Assembly: GCA_021325015.1 (NCBI GenBank)
Contig: JAJPHY010000113.1
Span: forward strand, 1-47,180
Direction of reading: 5' to 3'
DNA: 47,180 nt
Source of the DNA: Actinomycetota bacterium
GTDB lineage: Bacteria > Actinomycetota > UBA4738 > HRBIN12
Position numbers and translations under genes: made by a program. The notes under the pieces are model-generated. The model was not told where the DNA came from, did no database searches, and saw only the letters and a program-made list of their open reading frames with translations. This document shows, piece by piece, positions 28,900 to 44,604 of this stretch (position 1 is the stretch's first letter; each line of letters begins with the position of its first letter).

Positions 28900-30587
28900 G
28901 GGACGTGCAGGAGACGAGCGAGCAGGTCGGGATGGTCCTCGGGACCGAGGACGCCACGCCGCTCACGTTCTGGGTCGGCGTCGCGCCCGACGCCTACCTG
29001 CAGCTCGACGACGCGGTGGTGGTCGACACCGAGGTGCCGGGCCGGGGTCCGCTCCGCATCGCCGGCATCGTCCAGGACGTTCGGGCCCGGCACGAGGGCG
29101 CGCAGTTCGACACCGACGTGTTCCTGGTCGACCGCGGCGTGCTGCCGGTCGACACGGCGGTCGCCGCCGAGGTGGTCGCGACGAGGTTCGAGCCCGAGGT
29201 GTTCGTGCCGCCGATGCCGGGCCTGCCCGCGTTCCGCGCCCGCGGGAAGGACCGCGACGAAGCCCTCTACTTCGACCAGATGCAGCGGCGGGTGCCGGCC
29301 GGGCTCACGCGCGACGGCGAGCCGGTGTTCCTCGACCTGGACTTCCTGGACGGCTCGCGCGGCGCGCACGTGAACATCAGCGGCGTCTCGGGCGTCGCGA
29401 CGAAGACGACGTACGCGCTGTTCCTGCTCTACGCGCTGTTCCACTCGGACGTGCTCGGTCGCGCGGCCGTCAACACCAAGGCGATCGTGTTCAACGTGAA
29501 GGGCGAGGACCTCATGTGGCTCGACACGCCGAACGCGAAGCTGCAGGAGGCCGACCGCGAGGACTACGAGCGGCTCGGCCTGCCGGCGGGCGCGTTCGAG
29601 TCGGTCGGGCTGTGGGCGCCGGTCCGCCCCGACGCCGGCGGAGGGGCGATCCCGCACGTCGAGGGGCGCTCGACCGGCGTCACCGCCTACTACTGGACGG
29701 TGCGCGAGTTCGTGCGCGAGCGGTTCCTGCGGTTCCTGTTCGCGGAGGCCGAGGACGAGCGCTCGCAGATCGCCGACCTGGTTGCGCGGGTCGAGTCCCA
29801 CCTCGACCGCGAGTGCGAGGACGACCCCGAGCACGACGCGACGGTCGTGTTCGGCGGCGACCCGGTCGAGGACTTCGACGCGCTCTGCGAGGTCATCCGC
29901 CACAACGTCGAGGACGAGAACTCGCCCTGGCGAGGACGTCTCTCGGACGCGACGGTCGCGGCCTTCGTCCGCCGGCTCGATGCCGCGAGGTTCCGCATGG
30001 GCCACCTGATCTGGGGCCGGCGCGCCGAGCACCCCGAGCGCCACCGGATCGACTGGGAGTCGAGCCAGGTCACGGTCGTCGACATCCACAACCTCCACGA
30101 CCGGGCCAAGCGGTTCGTGACCGGGGTCGTGATCAAGCGGCTGTTCGAGCACAAGGAGCGGATGGGCCATCGCGAGCCGCTCGCGTTCCTCGTGCTCGAC
30201 GAGCTGAACCGCTACGCCCCGCGTGAGGGCTGGAGCCCGATCAAGGAGGTGCTGCTCGACGTCGCCGAGCGCGGGCGCTCGCTCGGCATGATCCTGGTCG
30301 GGGCCGAACAGACCGCGAGCGAGGTCGAGCGCCGGATCATCGCGAACAGCGCGTTCCGCGTGGTCGGGAGGCTCGACACCGCGGAGGCGCAGCGGAGCGA
30401 GTACGGGTTCCTGCCGGCGGTCACGCGCTCCAGGGCCTCGATCCTCAAGCCCGGCTCGATGATCCTGCAGCAGCCGCACATCCCGGTACCGCTGCAGATC
30501 CGCTTCCCGTTCCCGTCGTGGGCCACGCGCGCCGACGAGGCCGCCGATGCGGGCGAGGATCCGTTCGAGCGCTTCCGAGACGAGTAG
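28896..30587 (+). CDS. herA: HerA/FtsK-like ATPase (bacterial HerA type)
   Basis: N-terminal HAS barrel; variant Walker A ISGVSGVATKT; LVLDELNRYAP; ERGRSLG; GAEQ. Confidence 0.88.
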   Translation: MRDVQETSEQVGMVLGTEDATPLTFWVGVAPDAYLQLDDAVVVDTEVPGRGPLRIAGIVQDVRARHEGAQFDTDVFLVDRGVLPVDTAVAAEVVATRFEPEVFVPPMPGLPAFRARGKDRDEALYFDQMQRRVPAGLTRDGEPVFLDLDFLDGSRGAHVNISGVSGVATKTTYALFLLYALFHSDVLGRAAVNTKAIVFNVKGEDLMWLDTPNAKLQEADREDYERLGLPAGAFESVGLWAPVRPDAGGGAIPHVEGRSTGVTAYYWTVREFVRERFLRFLFAEAEDERSQIADLVARVESHLDRECEDDPEHDATVVFGGDPVEDFDALCEVIRHNVEDENSPWRGRLSDATVAAFVRRLDAARFRMGHLIWGRRAEHPERHRIDWESSQVTVVDIHNLHDRAKRFVTGVVIKRLFEHKERMGHREPLAFLVLDELNRYAPREGWSPIKEVLLDVAERGRSLGMILVGAEQTASEVERRIIANSAFRVVGRLDTAEAQRSEYGFLPAVTRSRASILKPGSMILQQPHIPVPLQIRFPFPSWATRADEAADAGEDPFERFRDE

Positions 30588-30644
30588 GACCTCGAATGAC
30601 ATCGCTGTGATCCGCGTCGCGGCCGTCCCCTACACTTGCGTCCC

Positions 30645-31805
30645 GTGAGGCTCCTGCACACGGCGGACTGGCACGTCGGCAAGGCGATCCGCGGCCGGTC
30701 GCGGAGCGAGGAGTTCGCGGCCGCCCTCGACCAGGTCGTCGGGATCGCCCTGGCGGAGGGGGTCGACGCGGTGCTGCTCGCCGGCGACGTGTACGAACAC
30801 CGCGCGGCGCCTCCCGAGGCCGACGAGCTGGTGTTCGACGCGTTCCTGCGCCTGCACGACGCCGGGATCCGCGTGGTCGTGATCCCCGGCAACCACGACT
30901 CGGCGCTGCGTCTGGCCGCGCTCGGCAAGCTGCTGCGACCGATCGGCGTGGAGGTCGCCGACCGCGTGCTGCCGCCGGAGCGGGGCGGCATCGTCGAGGT
31001 TCCCTCGCGCGACGGCTCGCAGCTCGCCCGGGTGGCGTGCGTGCCGTTCGTCCCCGAGCGGCGGTTCGGGGACGCGGCCCAGCTCTTCGATGCGAGCGAG
31101 GCCTGGCACCAGTCCTACGCGGACGGGATGGGCCGGCTGCTCGCTGCGATGGCCGCGGGCTTTCGCCCCGACGCCGTGAACGTGCTGCTCGCGCACCTGT
31201 TCACCGACGGTGCGCTGCTCGGCGGCGGCGAGCGCGAGATCACGATCGGCCTCGCGTACGCGATCGCCCCCTCGCGCCTCCCGGCGGACGCGAGCTACGT
31301 GGCGCTCGGGCACGTGCACAAGCCGCAGGCGGTGCGCGGCTCGCCGGCGCCGGCCCGGTACGCCGGCTCGCTCCTGCAGCTCGACTTCGGCGAGGTCGAC
31401 CAGCGGAAGTCCGTGACGATCGTCGACGCGTCGCCCGGACGGCCGGCCGCCGTTCGGGAGGTGCCGATCGAGGCCGGGCGCCGGCTGCTCGATCTGCACG
31501 GCACCATCGACGAGCTCGCCGCCGCGGCCGGGGGGGTCGGGGACGCGTGGCTCCGCGTGTTCGTGAGGACCGACGGGCCCGCCCCGGGAATCGCCGACCG
31601 CGTCCGCGAGCTCCTTCCGAACGCGCTCGACGTGCACCTGGACTACGAGCGGCAAGAGCCGGAGGCCCCGCAGACGCCGGTGTCGTCGCTTCGCCCGCGC
31701 GACCAGTTCGTCGCCTACTACCGGTCGCAGCACGGGGCGGATCCCGGCGAGGAGCTGCTGGAGGCGTTCGACGAGGTGCTCGCGCTCGAGCTCGAGGAGG
31801 CGTGA
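30645..31805 (+). CDS. sbcD: SbcD/Mre11 nuclease
   Basis: LHTADWHVG, AGDVYE, PGNHD, LAHL, LGHVH; TACACT-8nt-GTG suggests start 30645 (ORF track 30636). Confidence 0.93.
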   Translation: MRLLHTADWHVGKAIRGRSRSEEFAAALDQVVGIALAEGVDAVLLAGDVYEHRAAPPEADELVFDAFLRLHDAGIRVVVIPGNHDSALRLAALGKLLRPIGVEVADRVLPPERGGIVEVPSRDGSQLARVACVPFVPERRFGDAAQLFDASEAWHQSYADGMGRLLAAMAAGFRPDAVNVLLAHLFTDGALLGGGEREITIGLAYAIAPSRLPADASYVALGHVHKPQAVRGSPAPARYAGSLLQLDFGEVDQRKSVTIVDASPGRPAAVREVPIEAGRRLLDLHGTIDELAAAAGGVGDAWLRVFVRTDGPAPGIADRVRELLPNALDVHLDYERQEPEAPQTPVSSLRPRDQFVAYYRSQHGADPGEELLEAFDEVLALELEEA

Positions 31806-34364
31806 ATGCGGCCGCTCCGGCTCTCGCTCAAGGGCTTCACGGCCTTCCGCGACGAGCAGACGATCGACTTCGAGGGCCTGGACCTGTTCGCGATCGCCGG
31901 CCCGACCGGCTCCGGAAAGTCCTCGATCCTGGACGCGATCACGTACGCGCTGTTCGGGTACGTCGACCGCGTCGGCAAGCAGGTGGGCCAGCTCGTCAGC
32001 CAGGGTCAGCCGCGCATGGCCGTCACGCTCGAGTTCGCCGTCGGCGAGCGGCGGTTCCGCGTGACGCGAACCACGCCCGCGCGAGGGGCGTCGCGGATCC
32101 TGCTCGAGCGGTGGGACGAGGGCGAGTGGCGCCAGGCCGGCGAGGGGGCCGACCGCGTCCGCGATGCCGACGCGATGATCGAGCGCGCGCTCGGACTCGA
32201 CTACGCCGCGTTCACCCGCTCGGTCCTGTTGCCCCAGGGCAAGTTCGCGGAGTTCCTGGTCGGCGACGCGGCCTCGCGCCGCAAGATCCTGACCGAGCTC
32301 CTCGGGCTCGAGCTGTTCGAGCGCCTGCGGGAGCGCGCCGGCGAGGCCCACCGCAGCGCGCAGTCGGTGGTGGAGGCCAACGAGCGGATGCTCCGGACCG
32401 AGTACGCGGGGGTCACCGAGGAGCGCATCCAGGAGGCCGAGGCCGGCGCGGAACGCGCCGCCGACCTCGACCGGAGACTGGGGGCGGCCGAGCGTTCGGT
32501 CCGCGAGATCGCCGGTCGGTGGGACGTCGTGGAGCGTGAGGTCGCGGAGCTCGCGGCGCGGGCGAACGAGGCGAGCGAGCTCGCCGAGGCCGCGGCGCGA
32601 TCCTCGGAGTCGCTCACGACGCTGCTCGAGCGCCTGGCCGAGGCCGAGGGGGAGGCCAAGCGCGCCGCGCGGGCCGCCAACGCCGCCGCGAAGGAGGCCA
32701 CGAAGGCGGCCGACGCGCTCGCCAAGGCCGAGGCCGATTGGGGGCGTGCCAGGGACCTCGGCGCCCTGCTCGCCAAGGCCGAGGGGCTGGCCGAGGCTAG
32801 GGAGGGGCTCGCCGGCTTGGAGGCCGAGGCCAAGCGCGCGGCGGGCGTGCCCCCGAAGCTCGAGAAGGCCCTCGCGACGGCCGAGCGCGAGCTCGAGATG
32901 CGCGTGCGGGCGGTCGAGGCGGCGATGGCGGCGCTGGAGGGCGCCCGCGAGCAGCTCGACGCCGCCCAGCACGCGAATCTCGTCGCCGCCGTCCGCGCGG
33001 GAGTTCGCGTGGGGGAGGCCTGCCCGGTCTGCGGGGCCAAGGTCACGGCCCTGCCGAAGGCGGGCCGGGCGCCGGCGCTCGAGAAGGCGAAGGCCTCGCT
33101 GGAGAAAGCGGAGGCGCTCGCGGAGGCTGCCGGCGGCGAGCTCGAGGAGGCCCGGACGGCGCGCGACACCGCCGAGCGCGACCTGAAGGAGGCCCGCCGG
33201 GAGCACCAGCGCCTGCAGGCCGAGCTCGAGCGGCGACGGGGCGAGCTCGCCGGCGCCGAGGCGTCGGTGGCCTCCGCGTTCGGGGGAGCGCTTCCGGCGG
33301 ACCCGGTGGCCGCCGTGCAGGAGCGTCTCCAGGTGCTCGAGCGGCTCGAAGAGGCCGCTCGCGAGGCGGCCCGGGCCGCGTCGGAGGCGAAGGACGCGGC
33401 ACAGGACGCCGATCGCCGGCGGGACGGCGTCGCCGCCGACGTCGCGGAGGAGCGCGGGCGGCTGGGCGGCCTCCCGGTCGCCCGGCTGATCGCCGGGGCG
33501 CGCGAGCTCGGGGTCGCGGCCCCCGAGCCGCCACCGCTCGCGGCAGCGAAGACCGCGCAGGCGCTCGCCGCCGCGGCGGCCGGGCTCGCGGATTCCCTGT
33601 CGAACCTCGGCCGGGCGCTCGAGGAGCGGGCGTCGGAGCGCGCGGCGGGCGAGCGCGAGCTGCTCGATGAGGCCCTGCGCGCCGTCGACGGGCTGGTGGA
33701 GCCGGCGTCCTCGCTCGCGGAGCTCGTGGAGTCGGTCGCCGAGCGGCGGCGGCGGGCGACGGCCGAAGCGGCCACCGCGCAGCAGCAGGCCGAGGCCCTC
33801 CGGGCGCGCCTGGAGAACGCGCGGCGACTGGCGGAGGAGGTCGAGGTGCAGCGCGGGCGCGCCGCGCGGTTCGAGGCGCTCGCGCGCGAGCTCCGGAACG
33901 ACCGCGTGGTCGCGTTCCTCCAGCTCGAGGCGCTGCAGGTGCTCGCCGCGGCGGGGTCCGAGCACCTTTCGACGCTCTCGGGCGGTCGTTACCGGCTCGC
34001 CTACGAGGGGGACGAGTTCTTCGTGATCGACACGTGGAACGGCGACGAGCAGCGAAGCGCCCGCACCCTCTCGGGAGGGGAGACCTTCCTCGCCTCGCTC
34101 GCGCTGGCCCTCGCGCTGTCCGAGCAGGTGCGCTCGCTCTCGCTCACCGATACGGCGCGGCTCGACAGCCTGTTCCTCGACGAGGGGTTCGGCACGCTCG
34201 ATCCGGAGACGCTCGAGGTCGTCGTCGAGGCGATCGAGCAGCTCGGCGGCGACGGGCGGATGGTCGGAGTCATCACGCACGTGCGCGAGCTCGCGATCCG
34301 GCTCCCGACCCGGATCGAGGTCGAGAAGTCGCCGCGGGGCAGCCGCCTCCAGCTCGTCCGGTAG
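31806..34364 (+). CDS. sbcC: SbcC/Rad50 SMC-family ATPase
   Basis: GPTGSGKS, zinc hook CPVC, LSGGETF, FLDEGFGTLD, ITH. Confidence 0.93.
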   Translation: MRPLRLSLKGFTAFRDEQTIDFEGLDLFAIAGPTGSGKSSILDAITYALFGYVDRVGKQVGQLVSQGQPRMAVTLEFAVGERRFRVTRTTPARGASRILLERWDEGEWRQAGEGADRVRDADAMIERALGLDYAAFTRSVLLPQGKFAEFLVGDAASRRKILTELLGLELFERLRERAGEAHRSAQSVVEANERMLRTEYAGVTEERIQEAEAGAERAADLDRRLGAAERSVREIAGRWDVVEREVAELAARANEASELAEAAARSSESLTTLLERLAEAEGEAKRAARAANAAAKEATKAADALAKAEADWGRARDLGALLAKAEGLAEAREGLAGLEAEAKRAAGVPPKLEKALATAERELEMRVRAVEAAMAALEGAREQLDAAQHANLVAAVRAGVRVGEACPVCGAKVTALPKAGRAPALEKAKASLEKAEALAEAAGGELEEARTARDTAERDLKEARREHQRLQAELERRRGELAGAEASVASAFGGALPADPVAAVQERLQVLERLEEAAREAARAASEAKDAAQDADRRRDGVAADVAEERGRLGGLPVARLIAGARELGVAAPEPPPLAAAKTAQALAAAAAGLADSLSNLGRALEERASERAAGERELLDEALRAVDGLVEPASSLAELVESVAERRRRATAEAATAQQQAEALRARLENARRLAEEVEVQRGRAARFEALARELRNDRVVAFLQLEALQVLAAAGSEHLSTLSGGRYRLAYEGDEFFVIDTWNGDEQRSARTLSGGETFLASLALALALSEQVRSLSLTDTARLDSLFLDEGFGTLDPETLEVVVEAIEQLGGDGRMVGVITHVRELAIRLPTRIEVEKSPRGSRLQLVR

Positions 34365-34384
34365 GCGACTCCTATACTCGCCGC

Positions 34385-34708
34385 ATGGACCGGGAGAGAC
34401 GCGCGCGCCAGCTTGCGGCGGAAGCCGAGCGGATCACCGCGTTCCTGGTCGCGCGTGGCGCGACGCTCGTGCTGGCCTTCGGCTCGTTCGCCCGCGGGCA
34501 CGTGAGGTCCCAGAGCGATCTCGACATGATCGCGGTCATGGAGAGCGACCTGCCGTTCGTGAAGCGACTCGGCGAGCTGTACGGGGAGATCGTCCCGCAC
34601 GTAGGCCTCGACCTCCTCGTCTACACGCCAAAGGAGTGGCAGGAGATGCAGCGGCGGTCCTTTATCCGGCGCGCGCTGGCCGAGGGGAAGGTGCTCCATG
34701 CAGCCTGA
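34385..34708 (+). CDS. Minimal nucleotidyltransferase (MNT) antitoxin
   Basis: FGSFARG...SDLD; TATACT-6nt-ATG. Confidence 0.85.
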   Translation: MDRERRARQLAAEAERITAFLVARGATLVLAFGSFARGHVRSQSDLDMIAVMESDLPFVKRLGELYGEIVPHVGLDLLVYTPKEWQEMQRRSFIRRALAEGKVLHAA

Positions 34709-35107
34709 CCCCGCGGCGGAGGGCCGGCGCTGGCTCGAGCAGCCCGGCGGGACCTGAGCGATGCCCGATACCTCCGGGACGGCGACCGGCACAACCTGGC
34801 CTGCTTCCACTCGCAGCAGGCGGCCGAGAAGGCGCTGAAGGCGTTCCTCCTGCTGCGCGAGGCCGAGGACGTCTGGGGACACTCCGTCGCGGAGCTGTGC
34901 AAGCGCGCAGCGGCCATCGACCCGGCCTTCTCGGCGCTCGAACGCGATGGGGCGAAGCTGGACCGGCTCTGTATCCCGACCCGTTACCCGAACGGCCTCC
35001 CCGGTGGGTTGCCGGTCGACGCCTTCGACCGGGAGGACGCGGACGCGGCCATCGAACGTGCGACTCGAATCGTGGAGACGGTCTCCAAGGCGTTCGGCGC
35101 TGCATAG
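34698..35107 (+). pseudogene. HEPN-domain protein with a 1-bp deletion frameshift near 34742
   Basis: ATG 34698 reads MQPDPAAEGRRWLEQ then stops; adding one G gives QARRDLSDARYL...ACFHSQQAAEKALKA...GHSV...IPTRYP to TAG 35107. Confidence 0.85.
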
Positions 35108-35145
35108 GGCCTCCGGGCCAGCGCTGATCGGACGAGACGCTCCCG

Positions 35146-36324
35146 CTACGGAGGGCCGCGGTCCTCGAGCGCCGAGCCGTCCGGTCGCAGGAACTCCGGA
35201 CGGCCGCTCACCATCCGCACGCCGAAGAGCCGGTGCACCGCCCGGTGATGCGGCCGGCAGAGCAGCACCAGGTTGGAGAGCGCCGTCCTGCCGCCGTCGG
35301 CCCAGTGCACGACGTGGTGCGCGTCGCACCAGCCCGGAGGCCGTCCGCAGCCGGGGAACCGGCACCCGCCGTCCCGGATCACGAGCGCTCGACGGAGCGC
35401 GGGCGACACGACCGGCGTCCTGCGGCCCGCGTCCAGGGGTTCGGAGCGCCCTGCCGTCACGATTCGCGCCACCGAGGCGTCGCACGCGAGCCGCCGGGCC
35501 GCCTCAGGCGTGATCACTCCGGCCTCGTCGAGCTCGCACCGCCGGCCCGTCCGGCCCTCGAGGGTCTCGAGGTCCACGGTCACGGTGAGATGCGGCCGCT
35601 CGCCGGCCACGATCGGACGGTCCACCGAGTCCAGGTAGCGGCGGCAGATCTCTCCGAGGGCGTCCGCCCGGCGCTGCGCGTACGTGCGCAGGTCGCCCGT
35701 CGACCCGACGTCGGCGTCGATCACGGCCCGAAGCGCGGTGATCAGGGTCTGTCCGGTCTCGGGGTCGAGGTCGCCGTCCACCCGGACCATTCCCTCCAGG
35801 GTGGGTGAGACGTGGAGCCGCCGGAGCCCGTGGCGCCACTCGGCCTCGTCCTCGGCTCCGGCCGCATCGGCAGCCTGCCGCCAGTACGCGACCAGGCGGC
35901 GCAGGTCGCGCACCGGCACGCTCCTCGCCGCCTCCACCAGGGTCTCCTCGACTCCGGGGAACTCGTCCGGCCGCGACTCGGCCGCCGCGACCAGCACCGC
36001 CGCGGCCGACGGCGTCACGTCGCCGGCGGCCAGCGCCGAGCGGGTGAGCGGCATGCGCTCCAGCGCCCGCGCCCACCGCACGTAGCGACCGGCGCACGAG
36101 CCCGCGATCCGCAGCCGGTGGACGAGCCACATCGTCAGCGACAGGAGGCCGTCGCGCGCGAACGCGCCCCGGCGCTCGACCTCGGCCACGCGCCGGGCGC
36201 GCTCCGCGACGAGCGCCCCCATCGCCCGCTCGATCTCGACGAGCGATGCCTCGAGCTCATCGTCCGAGGCGAACGCGAGGTCCTCGGTGGCAAGCTCGTC
36301 GATGCCGGATCGGAGAGTGCTCAT
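35146..36324 (-). CDS. DUF222 + HNH endonuclease (13E12/Rv1128c-like) protein
   Basis: QRRADAL, RRLACDA, RDGGCRFPGC...CDAHH...GGRTALSNLVLLCRPHHRAVH; TAGCCT-7nt-ATG. Confidence 0.9.
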   Translation of the reverse strand: MSTLRSGIDELATEDLAFASDDELEASLVEIERAMGALVAERARRVAEVERRGAFARDGLLSLTMWLVHRLRIAGSCAGRYVRWARALERMPLTRSALAAGDVTPSAAAVLVAAAESRPDEFPGVEETLVEAARSVPVRDLRRLVAYWRQAADAAGAEDEAEWRHGLRRLHVSPTLEGMVRVDGDLDPETGQTLITALRAVIDADVGSTGDLRTYAQRRADALGEICRRYLDSVDRPIVAGERPHLTVTVDLETLEGRTGRRCELDEAGVITPEAARRLACDASVARIVTAGRSEPLDAGRRTPVVSPALRRALVIRDGGCRFPGCGRPPGWCDAHHVVHWADGGRTALSNLVLLCRPHHRAVHRLFGVRMVSGRPEFLRPDGSALEDRGPP

Positions 36325-36337
36325 GGGCTCGAGGCTA

Positions 36338-36353
36338 TCGAACACGTGTTCGC
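36338..36353. promoter_or_regulatory. LexA (SOS) box 1, abutting the DUF222-HNH -10
   Basis: TCGAAC-ACGT-GTTCGC vs actinobacterial consensus TCGAAC-N4-GTTCGA. Confidence 0.85.
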
Positions 36354-36394
36354 CTGTCTGTGAGCCGGATCACACCCGGGCTGAAATCACCCGC

Positions 36395-36431
36395 TCGAAC
36401 GCGTGTTCGTGTCGGTGGGGGATGGCACGAT
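36395..36431 (+). promoter_or_regulatory. LexA box 2 plus overlapping PafBC-type rightward promoter
   Basis: TCGAAC-GCGT-GTTCGT (36395-36410); TGTCGG (36410-15)-N10-CACGAT (36426-31); ATG at 36439. Confidence 0.6.
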
Positions 36432-36791
36432 CCTCCGCATGGAGCTCACCATCGTGGAGTCGGGGGTTCCGGACCGCCGGCCGATCGACACGCGATCCGC
36501 AGAAGTGCTTGGATACGCAACAGCGGACGGACTGGTAGCGGATGCGATGTTTCGCGGTCGCCACGCGGTGCGAGGTTCCTGTGGACCTCCGGCTGTCCCG
36601 CAAAGGGTGAAGCAACGCGCTCGCCCTTCTCGGGTCGTGCTGGGCTGGTTGCGGGGTGGGCCAATGCTTAAGTTCCGGGCGGAACCGGAGCTGCTTCGCC
36701 AAGCCAAGACAGCCGTCCCAACTTCCGCCTCCACCCCTGGCGGAGTCCGATCACTTCCCCTCGGATCAAACCGTACGTGAGGAGGTCAGCC

Positions 36792-42620
<5,829 letters not shown>

Positions 42621-42624
<4 letters not shown>

Positions 42625-43550
42625 GCCGCATCGACCTCAAGGGTGTGGATGGCTCCAATCCGCTCGGCTTCATGGCGGCACTAGGACTGCTTCGGATCGT
42701 TCCCGGCACGAAGCTCGCCTTCTTGGACGACGGTTCGTACCAGGCGTTTGTCGTCGGACTCGACATCAGCGAGTCCGACCTCAAGAAGCACATCTTGCGG
42801 CTCATCGCACGCGACGTCCAGTCCGCTAGAAAGCCGAGCGCCCCGTGGTGCTTCACATACACGAAGGCCGCGACCAGGAAGAAGCGCTCGGAGGTGGTCG
42901 CTGACCTCAAACCGCCGCCAGATGACCCCAACTTCACCAAGTTCCTGCAGGGCTGTGTCGAGGCCTGGCGCAAGGGTGACGAAGAAGCCGCAGCGTACGC
43001 CGCCGCCTATTTCACGGATGTGGCGGTCGATGGCAAGCGCAACACTAAGCCGACCGCATTCCATTTCACCGCCGCAAATCAGACCTTCCTCGGCCAAGTC
43101 GAAAGCATTCGGGATTTAGTAACCGAGGAATGGGTCGAGCAGGCGTTGTTCGAGGGCCACGCGGAGCGGCCGGGCACCAACCTTCGTTGGGACCCGGGTT
43201 CCGAGCGCAACTGGGCGTTGCTGGCTGAAGATCCGAACAAGAAAGGCACCCGCGTCAACGCGCCTCTCGAGTGGCTTGCCTTTCGCGGCTTGCCCTTGCT
43301 ACCGAGCTTCCCTCAAGGCACGAGAATCGCCACGACGGGCGTCGTCGGAAGGGGTGACGACATGACCTTCACCTGGCCGCTCTGGTCGGCTCCGGCTTCG
43401 CTGCAGACGACGCGCTCTCTCCTTCAAGTCGATTGGACCGGGAATGCGAAAGAGCGCGCTGCGCGCGGCATCTTCGCGATTTGTAGTTCCAGGATTCGGC
43501 GAACGAGTCAAGGCTTTGGCAACTTTGCGCCGTCGGCCGTCATAAGTTGA
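42621..43550 (+). CDS. Short Cas8-type large subunit of type I-G (Csb3-like)
   Basis: ATGA overlap with extended cas3; DGSNPLGFMAALG, KPTAFHFTA, WDP, EWLAFRGLPLLP; position after cas3. Confidence 0.7.
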
Positions 43551-43604
43551 CGGCTCTCCCGAGGTTTCGCAAGAACTAGGTGCTCACGATGTGCGCCTGG
43601 GTCA

Positions 43605-44070
43605 TGGATTTGACCACGTTTCTGGGGGATGTGACGCGGCCAACCGCGCCACCCCACTGGACTGAGGACGGAAACCGGGAAGTAGGGGCTAGCCAGGGCG
43701 GGGGACTCCGTGAGGTCGTAGTCCCAGACCTGGTCCGGCCGAGAGGCGTGCTGCTGGGGGCGGGGTCGGTCGCGGCGGCTCCGACGCCGGTAGACCGGGA
43801 CCTTGCCCGCCTCCCGCAGGACAGCACCGAGGACTCCGAGCGGTACACCCGGCCCTCCCGGGACAGCTGATGGGTGAGCTTGCGATGACGCAGGTGATCC
43901 AGGTGATCCTCGTCCGCGGTCCGCAGGATCGCGGCTCGATCGGACTCGGTGAACCGAGACGTGGAGACCCGAGGGATCTCCCCGGTCCCTGAGTCCACCC
44001 CGCTCGCGGAAACCGCTCTTCGGGCCGCTCAGTGCGGCGGTTCGGAGCCCGAGCGTGCTGCGGGATGCGC
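43605..44070 (-). mobile_element. Internally deleted, frameshifted IS3-like transposase remnant
   Basis: FTESDRAAIL...RKLTHQLSREGRVYRSESSVL, frameshift, VLREAG...RPDQVWDYDLTE; end TGGATTTGACC at 43605 resembles IS2/IS3 terminal repeats. Confidence 0.6.
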
Positions 44071-44202
44071 GTCGCGCCGTGGATCGCGAAAGCACGGAGG
44101 CCGTGTTCGGCCCATCGGACGACGCCGCGCATGCGGGAGCGCTCGTCGTCGGAGACGCGCGTCTGCGGCAACTCAACGATCCGCTCACGCGGCATCAGCC
44201 GC

Positions 44203-44604
44203 TCACACGGCCTTCACCCTCACGATCGCCTCCAGGCCGGCGAAGTCGGAGGGATTGCGCGTGTACAGCGGAAGCCCGTTGGCCGCCGCGGTCGCCGCGA
44301 TCAAGAGATCTGCGAGGCGGGCTCGGCCCGTCCGCCCGGCGGACTTCGCCGCCGCGAACACGAGGCCGTACGCTCGCGCCGCCTGGGCATCGAATGGCAG
44401 CGGATCCCAGGTCGCGGCCGCCCACTGCAGCCGATCCTGGCGCCGGGCCCGTTCGTGCACGTCGCCGGTCGCGTGCGGACCGGCGGCCAGCTCGGCCAGC
44501 GTCACCGCGGAGATGGCCGACTCATCGGGAAGGAGGGCAGGTTGGATCACGTCGTGGTCGATCACAACCGATGTGTCGAGCAGGCCGCGGCTTGGTTCAA
44601 TCAC
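44203..44604 (-). CDS. vapC: PIN-domain toxin
   Basis: LLDTSVVI, SAVTLAEL, DLLIAATA, LYTRNPSDF. Confidence 0.92.
   Translation of the reverse strand: MIEPSRGLLDTSVVIDHDVIQPALLPDESAISAVTLAELAAGPHATGDVHERARRQDRLQWAAATWDPLPFDAQAARAYGLVFAAAKSAGRTGRARLADLLIAATAAANGLPLYTRNPSDFAGLEAIVRVKAV

Noticed and set aside
32500-33850. Apparent repeats of GCCGAGGCC/GAGGCG in sbcC
   Set aside because: Explained by Ala/Glu/Arg coiled-coil codon usage, not DNA repeats
34730-34760. Programmed -1 frameshift producing HEPN
   Set aside because: No slippery heptamer at the junction; simple 1-bp loss is more parsimonious
36548-36613. Possible degenerate CRISPR repeats (CreTA/CreR-like mini-array): GTTTCGCG... and ...GGTGAAGC upstream of cas7
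   Set aside because: Only the first and last few bases resemble the repeat; the stem is absent and the spacing does not fit repeat-spacer-repeat
36403-36780. 125-aa ORF (or 113 aa from ATG 36439) before cas7 as a real gene
   Set aside because: No recognisable motif and low-complexity composition; at most the first codons are a remnant of a disrupted host gene. Kept only as part of the promoter finding
43689-44195. 168-aa minus-strand ORF downstream of vapC as a third TA component
   Set aside because: Overlaps the degraded transposase in other frames and has no coherent domain
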